A DNA stretch of 64,000 bases, taken from Candidatus Latescibacterota bacterium (lineage in GTDB: Bacteria > Latescibacterota > UBA2968). The stretch is taken from the NCBI GenBank assembly GCA_965208125.1, contig OZ242320.1:2720001-2784000 (forward strand), in the 5' to 3' direction. The notes beneath the pieces were generated by a model. It made no database searches, had not been told where the DNA came from, and saw only the letters and a program-made list of their open reading frames with translations. Positions 48,851 through 58,298 of this stretch are shown one piece after another. Every line of letters starts with the position of its first letter. Position 1 is the first letter of the stretch. A program made the translations under genes and the position numbers.

Positions 48851-50233
48851 ATGTCCAAACCACTCGAAACGACAGTAGAATCCACCGAGCGCAAAGTCGA
48901 TCTTTCGCTAACAGGGAAGATCCTCGGGATGACCTTGCCCGTTGCTGCGGGCGGTCAGATCGAGAGTGTTGTACTCATGGTTCAACTCATTTTTATCGGG
49001 ACGCTCGGTCCGGTCGCCCTTTCTGCGGTGGGTATTGCTCAGGTGTTTACGCGCGTTCTTTTTACGGCGATGATGTCCATTTCGAGAGGCGCGCTGACGA
49101 TGGTCGCACAGGCGATTGGCGCAGATTCTATGCGCGAAGCCAGTGCATCGGCGAAGCAGGCGTTTTCCCTGCTTTTTTTCTTTAGTATCGCTTTTGGTCT
49201 GGGCAGTTTGGCTCTTTCGCCTTTTTTGATTCCGATGATGACCTCTGATTCCGAGGTAGCAGCTATGGGTACGCCGTATTTACAGGTTTTTTTTCTGGGC
49301 GTTCCTTTTATGACGCTAAATCGTGCGATTGCGAGTTGCTTTCAGGGTGCTGGGGATACGCGCACGCCTTTCTATTTGAGTTTGATGAGTAGTAGCATTC
49401 AAATTGTGATGTGTTATCTCCTAATCTTTGGTCACTGGGGTTTGCCGGAATTGGGCGTTGTGGGGGCTGCTGTTGGCGGTCTTTTGGGGCGCAGTGCGGC
49501 AACCCTGATTGGGCTTGGGTGTCTTTATAGCGGGCGTTTTGCGCTCACACTTTTGCCCGATACATCTTACAGGTTTAACTGGGATGTTGCGCGGCGCATT
49601 CTCAAAATTGGCGTGCCTTCTGGCTTGCAAGGCATTTTGCGCAATGGCTCAGGTGTGGTTTATCTCAAATTTATTGCCATGTCCTCATTATCTACAACCG
49701 CGGTTGCAGCGTATGCGATTGGGAGTCAGTTGGAACACATTTTGCGGCGAACCGGTCTGTCTTTTGGTACGGTTGCAACGGCTATGGTGGGGCAGCATTT
49801 GGGGGCGAAAGATCCCGCAGGTGCAGAGCGCCACGGTTGGACTATTCTCTTTATTTCAGTTGTGACCAATATTGCCCTGTCGCTGCCCGCCGTTGTGTTT
49901 GCTGGAGTTTTTATGGCGGTATTTACGGATGCACAAGAGGTGATCAGTACCGGTGTCATTTATCTTTATGCGATGGTCGTTGCCGAACCATTTTTGTGTG
50001 CTTCCAATACGAGTAGCGGCAGTCTCAGAGGTGCTGGCGATACGATGCCTCCAATGTATTATACCCTGATTGCGCAGTGGCTGGTTCGCCTGCCTGTCGC
50101 TTATATTCTGGGGTTTACTCTTGGATTTGATATCTACGGGATATGGGCCGCGCTTATTGTTTACAGTATTGTGCAGGGAGTCCTTACTGTTCGCAAGTTT
50201 GCTCAGGGCCATTGGAAGATGCATCAGATTTAA
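48851..50233 (+). CDS. MATE family efflux transporter
   Basis: Two halves with GAGDTRTP and GAGDTMPP, MVGQHLGA; about 12 TM segments. Confidence 0.93.
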   Translation: MSKPLETTVESTERKVDLSLTGKILGMTLPVAAGGQIESVVLMVQLIFIGTLGPVALSAVGIAQVFTRVLFTAMMSISRGALTMVAQAIGADSMREASASAKQAFSLLFFFSIAFGLGSLALSPFLIPMMTSDSEVAAMGTPYLQVFFLGVPFMTLNRAIASCFQGAGDTRTPFYLSLMSSSIQIVMCYLLIFGHWGLPELGVVGAAVGGLLGRSAATLIGLGCLYSGRFALTLLPDTSYRFNWDVARRILKIGVPSGLQGILRNGSGVVYLKFIAMSSLSTTAVAAYAIGSQLEHILRRTGLSFGTVATAMVGQHLGAKDPAGAERHGWTILFISVVTNIALSLPAVVFAGVFMAVFTDAQEVISTGVIYLYAMVVAEPFLCASNTSSGSLRGAGDTMPPMYYTLIAQWLVRLPVAYILGFTLGFDIYGIWAALIVYSIVQGVLTVRKFAQGHWKMHQI

Positions 50234-50343
50234 TTATTTTTGTTTTTTGCAGTGCGGGGATATTGTACTACAATCTGCTGTTATTAAAATTATAGCTTGG
50301 GTAATCAAAACACTATGCTTCCCGTCAGAGGAGGTGAGGTCTA

Positions 50344-51594
50344 TTGGTTTTAAAAGTTCTCCAAATATTGACCGATTTCTTTGATTTTCTCTGGTTATCG
50401 TTCCTGTTGTTAGCACCTATGCTAATGCTGGGGTTATTTCTTTCAGGTCTGATTCACGTATTTATCTCGCGTGAGGCCATTCTGCGATGGTTGCGTGAGG
50501 ATAGCTTGAAATCCGTAAGCACAAGTGCTGCCGTCGGTGTGCCCGTGCCGCTTTGCAGTTGCTCGGTTGTGCCTGTAGTTGCCGAGATGCGCAATAAGGG
50601 CGCGTCCCGTTCGTCCTGTATGTCTTTTCTGATCACGGCACCGGAAACAGGTGCGGATTCGATTCTGGTCACGAACGCGTTTTTTGGATTTATTGTCGCT
50701 ATTGTCAGGCCCTTCATCAGTTTTATTACCGCGGTCATCGCCGGTATTTTTTGTATGGGTCTCATACGAGATGATCGCGTTGAGGCTGAGGGGAGCGATC
50801 TCGGTCAAGGCTATGGTCATGACTGCGATCATGAATGTGACCACGACCATGGGCACGAACCTCTGGTGTCTGGAAGCGACGATTGCTACGTTAGTCCCTC
50901 ACAATTGAAGGCGCTATTTTTTGGCTGGGTGAGGATGATCAATCACCACAAACGCGATATGGTTCGGGCCGACGACAAACAAATTTCTGCGGACAATTTG
51001 ACTTTTAAAAAAGTCGTCAGGCATATTTTTCGCTATGGTTTTGTAGAAATAGCGGACGATATTCTGTTTGCGTTGATTGTGGGTATCGCACTGGGAGGCG
51101 TGATCTATCTGGCGATTCCGAGCGATTTGATGTCAAATGAGTATGCGCGCTGGTTGTCCTACCCCGTTATGGTGCTGGTTGGGGTACCTCTCTATATCTG
51201 TGCGTCCGCGAGTACTCCGATAGCCGCCGCGCTGGTCGCCAAGGGGTTCAGCCCCGGAGCGGCGCTGATTTTTCTCATGACCGGACCGGCGACTAATACG
51301 GGTACTATCGCGATCATCGTCAGTCAGTTTGGGTCGCGCTTTGCATCCATCTATGTCTCATCGGTGATCGCAGTTACTGTCGTACTGGGCATTGCAGTTG
51401 ATATTCTGCTGCTCGCCCTCGGCGTGACGATTCCCGTGTACCTTGGTCCCTCGGAGTCAGAGACCATTCAGCTCATCCAATGGGGCAGTGCTTTTGCCAT
51501 GATCGCCCTGATTGTTTGGCGATTTCGCGCAGGTGCTTTTAAGAGTGGCTATGAGGATATGTTGTTCAATGTCCGACCTCTGTTCAAACTGTGA
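50344..51594 (+). CDS. DUF318/SO_0444-type metal permease with His/Cys-rich loop
   Basis: PLCSCSVVP, FLITAPETG, YICASASTP and GPATN motifs; HDCDHECDHDHGH loop. Confidence 0.9.
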   Translation: MVLKVLQILTDFFDFLWLSFLLLAPMLMLGLFLSGLIHVFISREAILRWLREDSLKSVSTSAAVGVPVPLCSCSVVPVVAEMRNKGASRSSCMSFLITAPETGADSILVTNAFFGFIVAIVRPFISFITAVIAGIFCMGLIRDDRVEAEGSDLGQGYGHDCDHECDHDHGHEPLVSGSDDCYVSPSQLKALFFGWVRMINHHKRDMVRADDKQISADNLTFKKVVRHIFRYGFVEIADDILFALIVGIALGGVIYLAIPSDLMSNEYARWLSYPVMVLVGVPLYICASASTPIAAALVAKGFSPGAALIFLMTGPATNTGTIAIIVSQFGSRFASIYVSSVIAVTVVLGIAVDILLLALGVTIPVYLGPSESETIQLIQWGSAFAMIALIVWRFRAGAFKSGYEDMLFNVRPLFKL

Positions 51595-51652
51595 TATCTA
51601 TAATCAATCCAGATCATTTGAGTTTTTGGTTTAAATCACTGCGGATTCGAAT

Positions 51653-52498
51653 TTGCTACCTCTTTTTATAGGATACTCTATCGCTATCATTGCCGCGTCT
51701 TTGCTCGGCGGATATTTGCCAGCAAAGATTACCATGACGCATACGCGCATCCAGACGGTGATGAGTTTTGTTGCGGGTTTCATTCTGGGGATTGCCCTGT
51801 ATCATCTCCTGCCGCATGGTCTGGTATGGATTCCCGGGCCGGGTGCTGTTGAAAAAGCCATGGGATTGATGATGTTCGGCATCATACTGATGGTCCTGTT
51901 GCTGCGTATCTTTCATTTTCACCAGCACGATTTCAGCGATGAGGCAGGTGATTTTCTCCACGAGCATGCCCGCGAGCATACCAGTCCCGAAAGCAGGTTG
52001 ATCGGCGTCTGCCTGGGTCTGGGGCTGCATACTGTGACCGAGGGCATCGCTTTGGGTACCAGCATCCGGGTTGGTGAACTGCATGAAGGCGAAGCCGGTT
52101 TAGCAGGACTTGGGGTGTTTCTTGCGATTCTTTTCCACAAGCCACTCGACGCGTTCTCCATTATCGGTTTGTTGCAGGCCGCGGGCCATAGTCTCCGCGT
52201 TCGTGTAGCAGTTAATATCGGATTCGCCCTGCTCTGTCCAGTGGTGGCTTTATTGACTTTTTGGGGGATTGGGTTCCTGGGGCATTGGGAGGAACGAGTA
52301 ATCGGGTATGTGCTGGTCTTTGCAGCCGGCGCGTTTCTGTGTATTTCCCTGAGCGATCTGCTGCCGGAAATCCATTTCCACAGTCACGACCGCGGTAAGC
52401 TCACTGTGTCCTTACTCTTGGGGATCGCTCTTGCGTATGGGCTGTATTTTATCGAGTCCGGAGCTATGCACGGGTTGGAGACGCACGAAATGCATTGA
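51653..52498 (+). CDS. ZIP family metal transporter
   Basis: HLLPH, HTVTEGIALG, HKPLD and SDLLPEIHFHSHD motifs. Confidence 0.9.
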   Translation: MLPLFIGYSIAIIAASLLGGYLPAKITMTHTRIQTVMSFVAGFILGIALYHLLPHGLVWIPGPGAVEKAMGLMMFGIILMVLLLRIFHFHQHDFSDEAGDFLHEHAREHTSPESRLIGVCLGLGLHTVTEGIALGTSIRVGELHEGEAGLAGLGVFLAILFHKPLDAFSIIGLLQAAGHSLRVRVAVNIGFALLCPVVALLTFWGIGFLGHWEERVIGYVLVFAAGAFLCISLSDLLPEIHFHSHDRGKLTVSLLLGIALAYGLYFIESGAMHGLETHEMH

Positions 52499-52520
52499 CG
52501 CTGAGGAATGTTAAAAAAAG

Positions 52521-52555
52521 AAAAGGCGGTCCATTACGCGATGGATCGCCTTTTT
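52521..52555. terminator. intrinsic terminator
   Basis: AAAAGGCGGTCCAT-tacgcg-ATGGATCGCCTTTTT. Confidence 0.88.
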
Positions 52556-52577
52556 GCTAATCCATAAAGGAGGCGCT

Positions 52578-53585
52578 ATGGGATCAATAAAGGCAGCAGT
52601 AGTGGGGCTTGGATTGGGCCAGCATTTCGTTCGTGGACTGGTTGGGCATCCGGATGTAGATAGGCTTGTCCTGGTAGATCTGGACGCCGATCGAGCCGAA
52701 ATGGTTCAAAGGGAGCACGACGAGGTGGCTGCCGTCTATGAGATGCTCGACGTCATGCTCGAAAAGGAGCGTCCTGATGCGGTGTGTGTCGTGACTCCCG
52801 ACCATCTCCATCGGCCACATTCAATCGCTTGCTTCGAGGCTGGAGCCCATGTGTTGCAGACAAAACCGCTTGCGACAAATCTTGAGGACGCGCGTGCAAT
52901 TTTGGCTGCGGCGAAGGCGGCTGGGAAGAAAGTGATGGTAGCGCACGAGCGCAGGTTTCGGCCACGCGTCAAGCGAATCAAAGCGATTCTCGATGCTGGC
53001 GAAGTGGGCGATTTGATTCACCTCCGTATCGATGCGGTCCAGGACAAACGCGGGCAGTTTGCGCGTTCGCCGTGGTATGCGTCGGTAGAGGCGGGTCGGA
53101 GTGCCCTGAACGGTTCGGGCATTCATGAAGTGGATCTTGCGCGACATTACGCAGGCCTACCTGTCGAGTCTGTCTGTGCTTTCGCCAATCGGCTCGGCAA
53201 TCTGGAGTTCCCAAGAGACAAAACAACATCCGCCCTGTTCCAGTTTGCAGGTGGCGTCGTGGGTCAGGTCACGGTGACCTACGAGGCGCGCTGGCCGCGT
53301 TCGAATTCTCTCGATGATACGTTCCGAGTGGTTGCTTCTGAAGGCATGATTGTGGGAACGCATGTCTATCGTGAAGGGGCAGAGGACTGGGAAGATTTAA
53401 GCGGTTTGGACAACAGTACAGCGTCGGGGATCACGGGGGCCGTTCATGCGTTTGTCGATTCGGTTGTGAACGATGCACCGATCGCGGTGACCGGTGAAGA
53501 TGCCTTCGACTCGCTCGCGGCGGCATGCGCGGCCGATACATCGGCTGAACGGGGCGAGGTGGTGCGCCCAGAAACGCTGGATTGA
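52578..53585 (+). CDS. Gfo/Idh/MocA family oxidoreductase
   Basis: AAGGAGG SD and ATG at 52578; VVGLGLG, TPDHLH, KPLA and GIHEVD motifs. Confidence 0.92.
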   Translation: MGSIKAAVVGLGLGQHFVRGLVGHPDVDRLVLVDLDADRAEMVQREHDEVAAVYEMLDVMLEKERPDAVCVVTPDHLHRPHSIACFEAGAHVLQTKPLATNLEDARAILAAAKAAGKKVMVAHERRFRPRVKRIKAILDAGEVGDLIHLRIDAVQDKRGQFARSPWYASVEAGRSALNGSGIHEVDLARHYAGLPVESVCAFANRLGNLEFPRDKTTSALFQFAGGVVGQVTVTYEARWPRSNSLDDTFRVVASEGMIVGTHVYREGAEDWEDLSGLDNSTASGITGAVHAFVDSVVNDAPIAVTGEDAFDSLAAACAADTSAERGEVVRPETLD

Positions 53586-53587
53586 TG

Positions 53588-54841
53588 TCAAGTCCGCCAC
53601 AATCTGGGGACCCTGACGGGTGTTTCAGTTACGGGCCAGTATTCGGGGGGTGCGTCTTCCCAATGGGGTACGGTGCGCGCGTCTCGATCAAAAATGATTT
53701 GTCCATTGCGAATTGTGAGCCGACAGATCAGGCGTTGATCCGTATCTATTCGCGTATAGCCGCAGTCTTGAAATGAGAAGTTTCCGGTTTCGAGGGCCAA
53801 TACTGCGATGTCCGCTTCTGCGCCTATCGATAGTGTGCCCAATTCCGGGCGTCCGATTGCACGCGCTGGCGTCGCGGTTGATCTGTAAATTACGTCTTCG
53901 AGGGTCATGCCCATTGCCAGACATTTTGACATGGTGTCTTGCATGCTGAATACGGTACCAGAAATATTACCCATGTGCAGGTCTGTGCTGATGGAGTCGG
54001 GAGCAAATCCATTGGCAATGGCTCGCGCTCCGTTTCGATACCAGAAGCTCGCGGCACCGTGCCCCAGGTCAAACCAGATTCCGCGTTCTCTGGCTTCAAA
54101 CATATACGGCTGGACGTTTCCGTTGTCATCTACTACGGGGAATTGCCTCGCATAGACATGGGTGTGAATATCACCGGGACGGAGTTTGTCGAGGATTAAT
54201 GCGGGGTAGGACCGTTCGGGTGGTCGCGGCCAAAAATCGACCATGACGGGCATGTCGCATCCATCGCCCGCTTCAACTGCTTTTTCCACCGATTCCCAAG
54301 GCGGGTGCATTTCGTCAAATGGCGCGCTTGTCCAGTAATGTGCTGTTTTGATGCCGACGACCACTTCGCTGTGTTCGAGAGCGGCTTTTGCCGCGCCATC
54401 TACGTCAAAAGTTCGGATATCCTGCTCTGGCGCACCCATACCGGGGGCAGAAATATTTACATAGGCCAGGACCCGCGTTTTTGCATGTTCCATGACGGTT
54501 TGGCGAAAATGCGCTATTTCCTCGCATCCCGCGGTTCCCGTATCTACGCATGTTGTTACGCCAGAATGTGGGAAATGTGCATCCGGATTCAGGCTTGAAC
54601 TGAAGAGGCCCTCTCCTAATGCTCGGGTGAAGTAGGCGTGGATGTGAATATCGATCAATCCGGGCGTTACTATCAGGTCTGCCACATCTACCACATGGTC
54701 TGCTTCTTCTGCGGCGATATCCGCTTCTACCTTTGCAATTTTCCCATGTGCAATTCCCACATCGCATAATCCATTTATCTTATTGGCGGGATCAATCACC
54801 CGTCCGCCTTTTAACAGCAGGTCGAATTTACCTTCGGCCAT
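53588..54841 (-). CDS. amidohydrolase/deacetylase family metallohydrolase (dihydroorotase-like)
   Basis: PGLIDIHIH, GVTTCVDTG, LRPGDIHTH, FDLGHG and ISTDLH motifs. Confidence 0.92.
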   Translation of the reverse strand: MAEGKFDLLLKGGRVIDPANKINGLCDVGIAHGKIAKVEADIAAEEADHVVDVADLIVTPGLIDIHIHAYFTRALGEGLFSSSLNPDAHFPHSGVTTCVDTGTAGCEEIAHFRQTVMEHAKTRVLAYVNISAPGMGAPEQDIRTFDVDGAAKAALEHSEVVVGIKTAHYWTSAPFDEMHPPWESVEKAVEAGDGCDMPVMVDFWPRPPERSYPALILDKLRPGDIHTHVYARQFPVVDDNGNVQPYMFEARERGIWFDLGHGAASFWYRNGARAIANGFAPDSISTDLHMGNISGTVFSMQDTMSKCLAMGMTLEDVIYRSTATPARAIGRPELGTLSIGAEADIAVLALETGNFSFQDCGYTRIDTDQRLICRLTIRNGQIIFDRDARTVPHWEDAPPEYWPVTETPVRVPRLWRT

Positions 54842-54985
54842 GACTTACCTCCAATTGCGTTTTTCGGATATTCATCTACTTGAGTATTATGTGCCATAAT
54901 CGTATATTTAACAAGAGTTGTATGGTGTGAGCCAATTGGTCGGGAAAGGATTTCCCTCTGCAAAACGTTTACAATCAGAAAATTT

Positions 54986-55822
54986 TTGGGAATTAAACCA
55001 TTGATTGCCAATGCCAAAAGATGTGTTCGTGGTTTCTCTATTTGTTGGTGCATTTTCTTTTTTACGACGTGCAACCAGACGCCGCCTCTTCCGGGTGCAG
55101 ATTCACCCGCTTCTGAATCTGCGCTTCCGTCCAGCTATACTTATACTGTTGTCAATACCTATTTACACGATCCCAATGCTTTTACGCAGGGTTTGGTTTT
55201 TGAAGATGGTTTTTTTTATGAAGGTACCGGACAATACGGCGCTTCAACTATTCGCAGGGTTATGCCTGCCACAGGCGCAGTTTTGGCGCAGAAAAGCATT
55301 GCACCCAATTTTTTTGGGGAAGGCATCGCGATTTTTGGCGACCGCCTGTATCAACTTACATGGAAATCGGGTATATGCTTTGTGTACGACAAAAACACAT
55401 TTGAGTTACAGGCTCAATTTACATATTCCACGGAGGGTTGGGGGCTTACACACGATGGTGAAAAGCTGATTATGAGCGATGGTACAAATATTATTTATTT
55501 TCGGGATCCCAATACATTTAGAGAAATTGGGCGTATCGAAGTGACCGATAGCACGGGTCCGGTTCACTATCTCAACGAGCTTGAATATATCAAGGGGCAG
55601 ATTTTCGCCAATGTTTGGCAAACCGATCGCATTGCCCGCATCGATCCCAAAAGCGGTAAGATTACGGGCTGGGTCAATCTCGCGGGTATTCTCTCTCAAA
55701 CCGATCGCTTGAATCACCGCGTTGGCGTGCTAAATGGCATTGCTTATGCTGCTGCGACTGATCGCATTTTTGTTACGGGTAAATGGTGGCCCAAATTGTT
55801 TGAAATCAAACTCGTTCAGTAA
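54986..55822 (+). CDS. glutaminyl-peptide cyclotransferase (beta-propeller type); start uncertain
   Basis: HDPNAFTQGL, FGEG, QLTW, EGWGLT, LNELE, VLNGIAY and TGKWWP motifs. Confidence 0.93.
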   Translation: MGIKPLIANAKRCVRGFSICWCIFFFTTCNQTPPLPGADSPASESALPSSYTYTVVNTYLHDPNAFTQGLVFEDGFFYEGTGQYGASTIRRVMPATGAVLAQKSIAPNFFGEGIAIFGDRLYQLTWKSGICFVYDKNTFELQAQFTYSTEGWGLTHDGEKLIMSDGTNIIYFRDPNTFREIGRIEVTDSTGPVHYLNELEYIKGQIFANVWQTDRIARIDPKSGKITGWVNLAGILSQTDRLNHRVGVLNGIAYAAATDRIFVTGKWWPKLFEIKLVQ

Positions 55823-55834
55823 CAGGAGTTACCC

Positions 55835-56581
55835 ATGAAATGGACAGACGAACAACTCGCACAATACGATGAACAGGGTTATCTTTTTATGCCCGGTTTG
55901 CTCTCATCCGATGAGGTCGATGCACTCAATGGCGATGTTCCGCTTTTGCTCAATGGTGAGAACGACGGGTTGCATCGGGAACGCGAACGCGGCGGTGCTG
56001 TGCGTCAGGTTTATCTTGCTCATCGGAGTGTTGATGCGTTTCAGGAACTCATTGGCTATCCAAAAATCCTGTATCCCGTTCGGCAGATTCTCAATGATGA
56101 CGTGTATGTCTGGCACTCGAAACTCAATGTCAAAGATGCGTTTGAAGGCACGGTATGGCTGTGGCACCAGGACTATGGGTACTGGATGTGGGATGGGGTT
56201 GATCCGCGTCTCGTATCTGCTATGGTTTTTCTGGATCGGGCCACGCTCAACAATGGTTGTTTGATGGTGGTATCGGGGTCCCATAAATGGGGACGGCAGG
56301 AGCACTATGCGGATACGGTTACGACGAGCTATAAGCAGTGGTGTATTGATACAGATACTCTAAAAGAAAAAATTTGTGAGGAAGATATTGAGCATATTAC
56401 GGGAAAGCCGGGTGATGTGCTGTTTTTTGATTGCAATATCGTGCATGGCTCAGGTCACAACATGTCGCCGTTGCCCCGCAAGACATTTATCATCGCGTAC
56501 AATGCCATATCCAATAAGCCCCGTGCGGTCGAAAATCCCCGACCCGACTGGGTGGTGGCTCGCACGTTTGATATTGTTTGA
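55835..56581 (+). CDS. PhyH family dioxygenase (proline/ectoine hydroxylase-like)
   Basis: SKLNVK, WHQDYGYW, NGCLMVVSGSH and VHGSGHN motifs. Confidence 0.9.
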   Translation: MKWTDEQLAQYDEQGYLFMPGLLSSDEVDALNGDVPLLLNGENDGLHRERERGGAVRQVYLAHRSVDAFQELIGYPKILYPVRQILNDDVYVWHSKLNVKDAFEGTVWLWHQDYGYWMWDGVDPRLVSAMVFLDRATLNNGCLMVVSGSHKWGRQEHYADTVTTSYKQWCIDTDTLKEKICEEDIEHITGKPGDVLFFDCNIVHGSGHNMSPLPRKTFIIAYNAISNKPRAVENPRPDWVVARTFDIV

Positions 56582-56582
56582 C

Positions 56583-56611
56583 TTGACATTGAAAAGGAAG
56601 TAATCTATTCT
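56583..56611 (+). promoter_or_regulatory. sigma70 promoter of the amidohydrolase-Rieske pair
   Basis: TTGACA-N17-TATTCT. Confidence 0.65.
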
Positions 56612-56636
56612 CCTGACCATCACATAGGAGGCTGCG

Positions 56637-57749
56637 ATGTCTGCTACTACAACTGCTCCACGTACAAATGGCAGGGCAAATTCTCTTACAAAGATGACGA
56701 TTGTAGATTGCGATGTACACCATTCTCCGGACAAAGGCGATGCGCTATATCCGTATATGCCGCGTCATTTTGTCGAGTATATCAAAGATTTTGGTACGAT
56801 GATGCCAAGACTCGGATATACGAATATGCCGGGAGGCGGTGCGCGAAAAGATTTGTGGGAAAATCCAAAGGAAAATCCCGCCCATCAGCCACAGGTCTGT
56901 ATTGAGAAGCACCTCGATATGTATGATATAGATTACGCGGTTCTCACGGGTGGGCCTTATGCAGCAGCTGTTCACAACAACCCGGATTACGCGTCGGCTT
57001 ATTGCAGTGCTTTTAACGATTGGACAAAAGACCACTGGATCAGTGCCGATCCGAGGTTTCGGGCTTCGATTCATATTTGCCCCGTAGATCCGCAACTCGC
57101 GGTAAAGGAAATTGACCGTCTGGGTCCCGATCCGGCTTTTGTGCAGGTTATGATGCCCGCGGGTGCTCGCATGCCTTTTGGCAATCGCCACTACCATCCC
57201 ATTTACGAAGCCTGTGAAAGACACGGATTGCCTGTTTCGGTTCACTTTGGGGCCGAAGGTGCTGGTCTTGCAGCACCGCCCACTGCTGCGGGTTATCCCA
57301 CCTATTATCTCGAGATGCGGATGGCGCGGCCCCAAATTGCACAGGCTCATGTCACGAGTCTCGTTGTGGAGGGCGTGTTTGAGAAATTCCAGAATTTCCA
57401 CTTTATATTTGTCGAGATGGATACTTTCTGGCTGCCGGGTCTTATGTGGCACCTCGATCTCGATTGGCGCGCGCTGCGCGATTACACGCCGTGGGTCAAA
57501 CGCCTGCCCAGCGAGTATATTCGCGAGCATATCCGCCTGGGTACGCAACCTATGCCCGATATACCGGGCGGAAAGGAAGATCTGGAGACGTATTTGCGCT
57601 GGATGCACGCCGAGGATACCCTTGTTTTTGCCAGTGATTATCCACATTGGGACTGGGATGAACCCGGTCACGTCCTTCGCAATATTGACCGCGATCTGAA
57701 AAAGCGTATTATGGGCGAGAATGCCGCCGAGATATTTGGGCTTTTCTGA
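56637..57749 (+). CDS. amidohydrolase-2 fold protein (probable dinuclear oxygenase type)
   Basis: IVDCDVHH, AFNDW, YHPIYEAC, VEGVFEKF and ASDYPHWD motifs; coupled to the Rieske gene. Confidence 0.88.
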   Translation: MSATTTAPRTNGRANSLTKMTIVDCDVHHSPDKGDALYPYMPRHFVEYIKDFGTMMPRLGYTNMPGGGARKDLWENPKENPAHQPQVCIEKHLDMYDIDYAVLTGGPYAAAVHNNPDYASAYCSAFNDWTKDHWISADPRFRASIHICPVDPQLAVKEIDRLGPDPAFVQVMMPAGARMPFGNRHYHPIYEACERHGLPVSVHFGAEGAGLAAPPTAAGYPTYYLEMRMARPQIAQAHVTSLVVEGVFEKFQNFHFIFVEMDTFWLPGLMWHLDLDWRALRDYTPWVKRLPSEYIREHIRLGTQPMPDIPGGKEDLETYLRWMHAEDTLVFASDYPHWDWDEPGHVLRNIDRDLKKRIMGENAAEIFGLF

Positions 57750-58123
57750 TGTCGAAACACAGGGTAGCGAAAATAGCGGATTTGCCCCCTGGCGAGCGCA
57801 AGATCGTGACGATTAATAACCGGGAGATTGGTGTTCTCAATGTGGATGGCAATCTGTATGCCCTGCGCAATATTTGCCCCCACCGCCTGGGTCCGATCTG
57901 CAAGGGCCGTGTACGCCCACTCGTTGTGTGGGAGGGCGAAGAGGTGCGCGATGGGCGCTTTACCGATATCGGCCATGAACGCGAGAACGAAATTATCAAG
58001 TGCCCCTGGCACAACTGGGAATTTGATCTGAAGACCGGCAAATCCATTACAGATGACGATTTGCGCGTGCGTACCTATCGCGTGGAGGTCGAGGATGATG
58101 ATGTTGTGCTTTATCTGAGGTGA
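57749..58123 (+). CDS. Rieske [2Fe-2S] ferredoxin
   Basis: CPH...CPWHNWEFD; TGATG coupling to the upstream gene. Confidence 0.95.
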   Translation: MSKHRVAKIADLPPGERKIVTINNREIGVLNVDGNLYALRNICPHRLGPICKGRVRPLVVWEGEEVRDGRFTDIGHERENEIIKCPWHNWEFDLKTGKSITDDDLRVRTYRVEVEDDDVVLYLR

Positions 58124-58131
58124 GATGTAAA

Positions 58132-58227
58132 ATCCACTAAGGACACGAAGAAACACAAAGGGATCGTAGGGGCGATTCCGTGAACTGGTCTGGACTGCGA
58201 CCAGTTGTACATCGCCCGTGGTCGCCC
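58132..58227 (+). repeat. composite repeat: triple 9-10-mer plus GTAG REP interrupted by a 38-bp insert
   Basis: ATCCACTAA-GGACACGAAG-AAACACAAAG then GTAGGGGCGATTCCGTG[insert]GTCGCCC. Confidence 0.75.
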
Positions 58228-58298
58228 TCGAAATATTAAGATACAAGAGGCGGGGAAGGGTGGACTTGATTACTGACAACTTTTTAAAGAGAAATCTT

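Noticed and set aside
54986-56581. Glutaminyl cyclase plus PhyH hydroxylase as a peptide-modification (RiPP) cluster
   Set aside because: No precursor peptide, protease or exporter nearby; both families are common as stand-alone genes.
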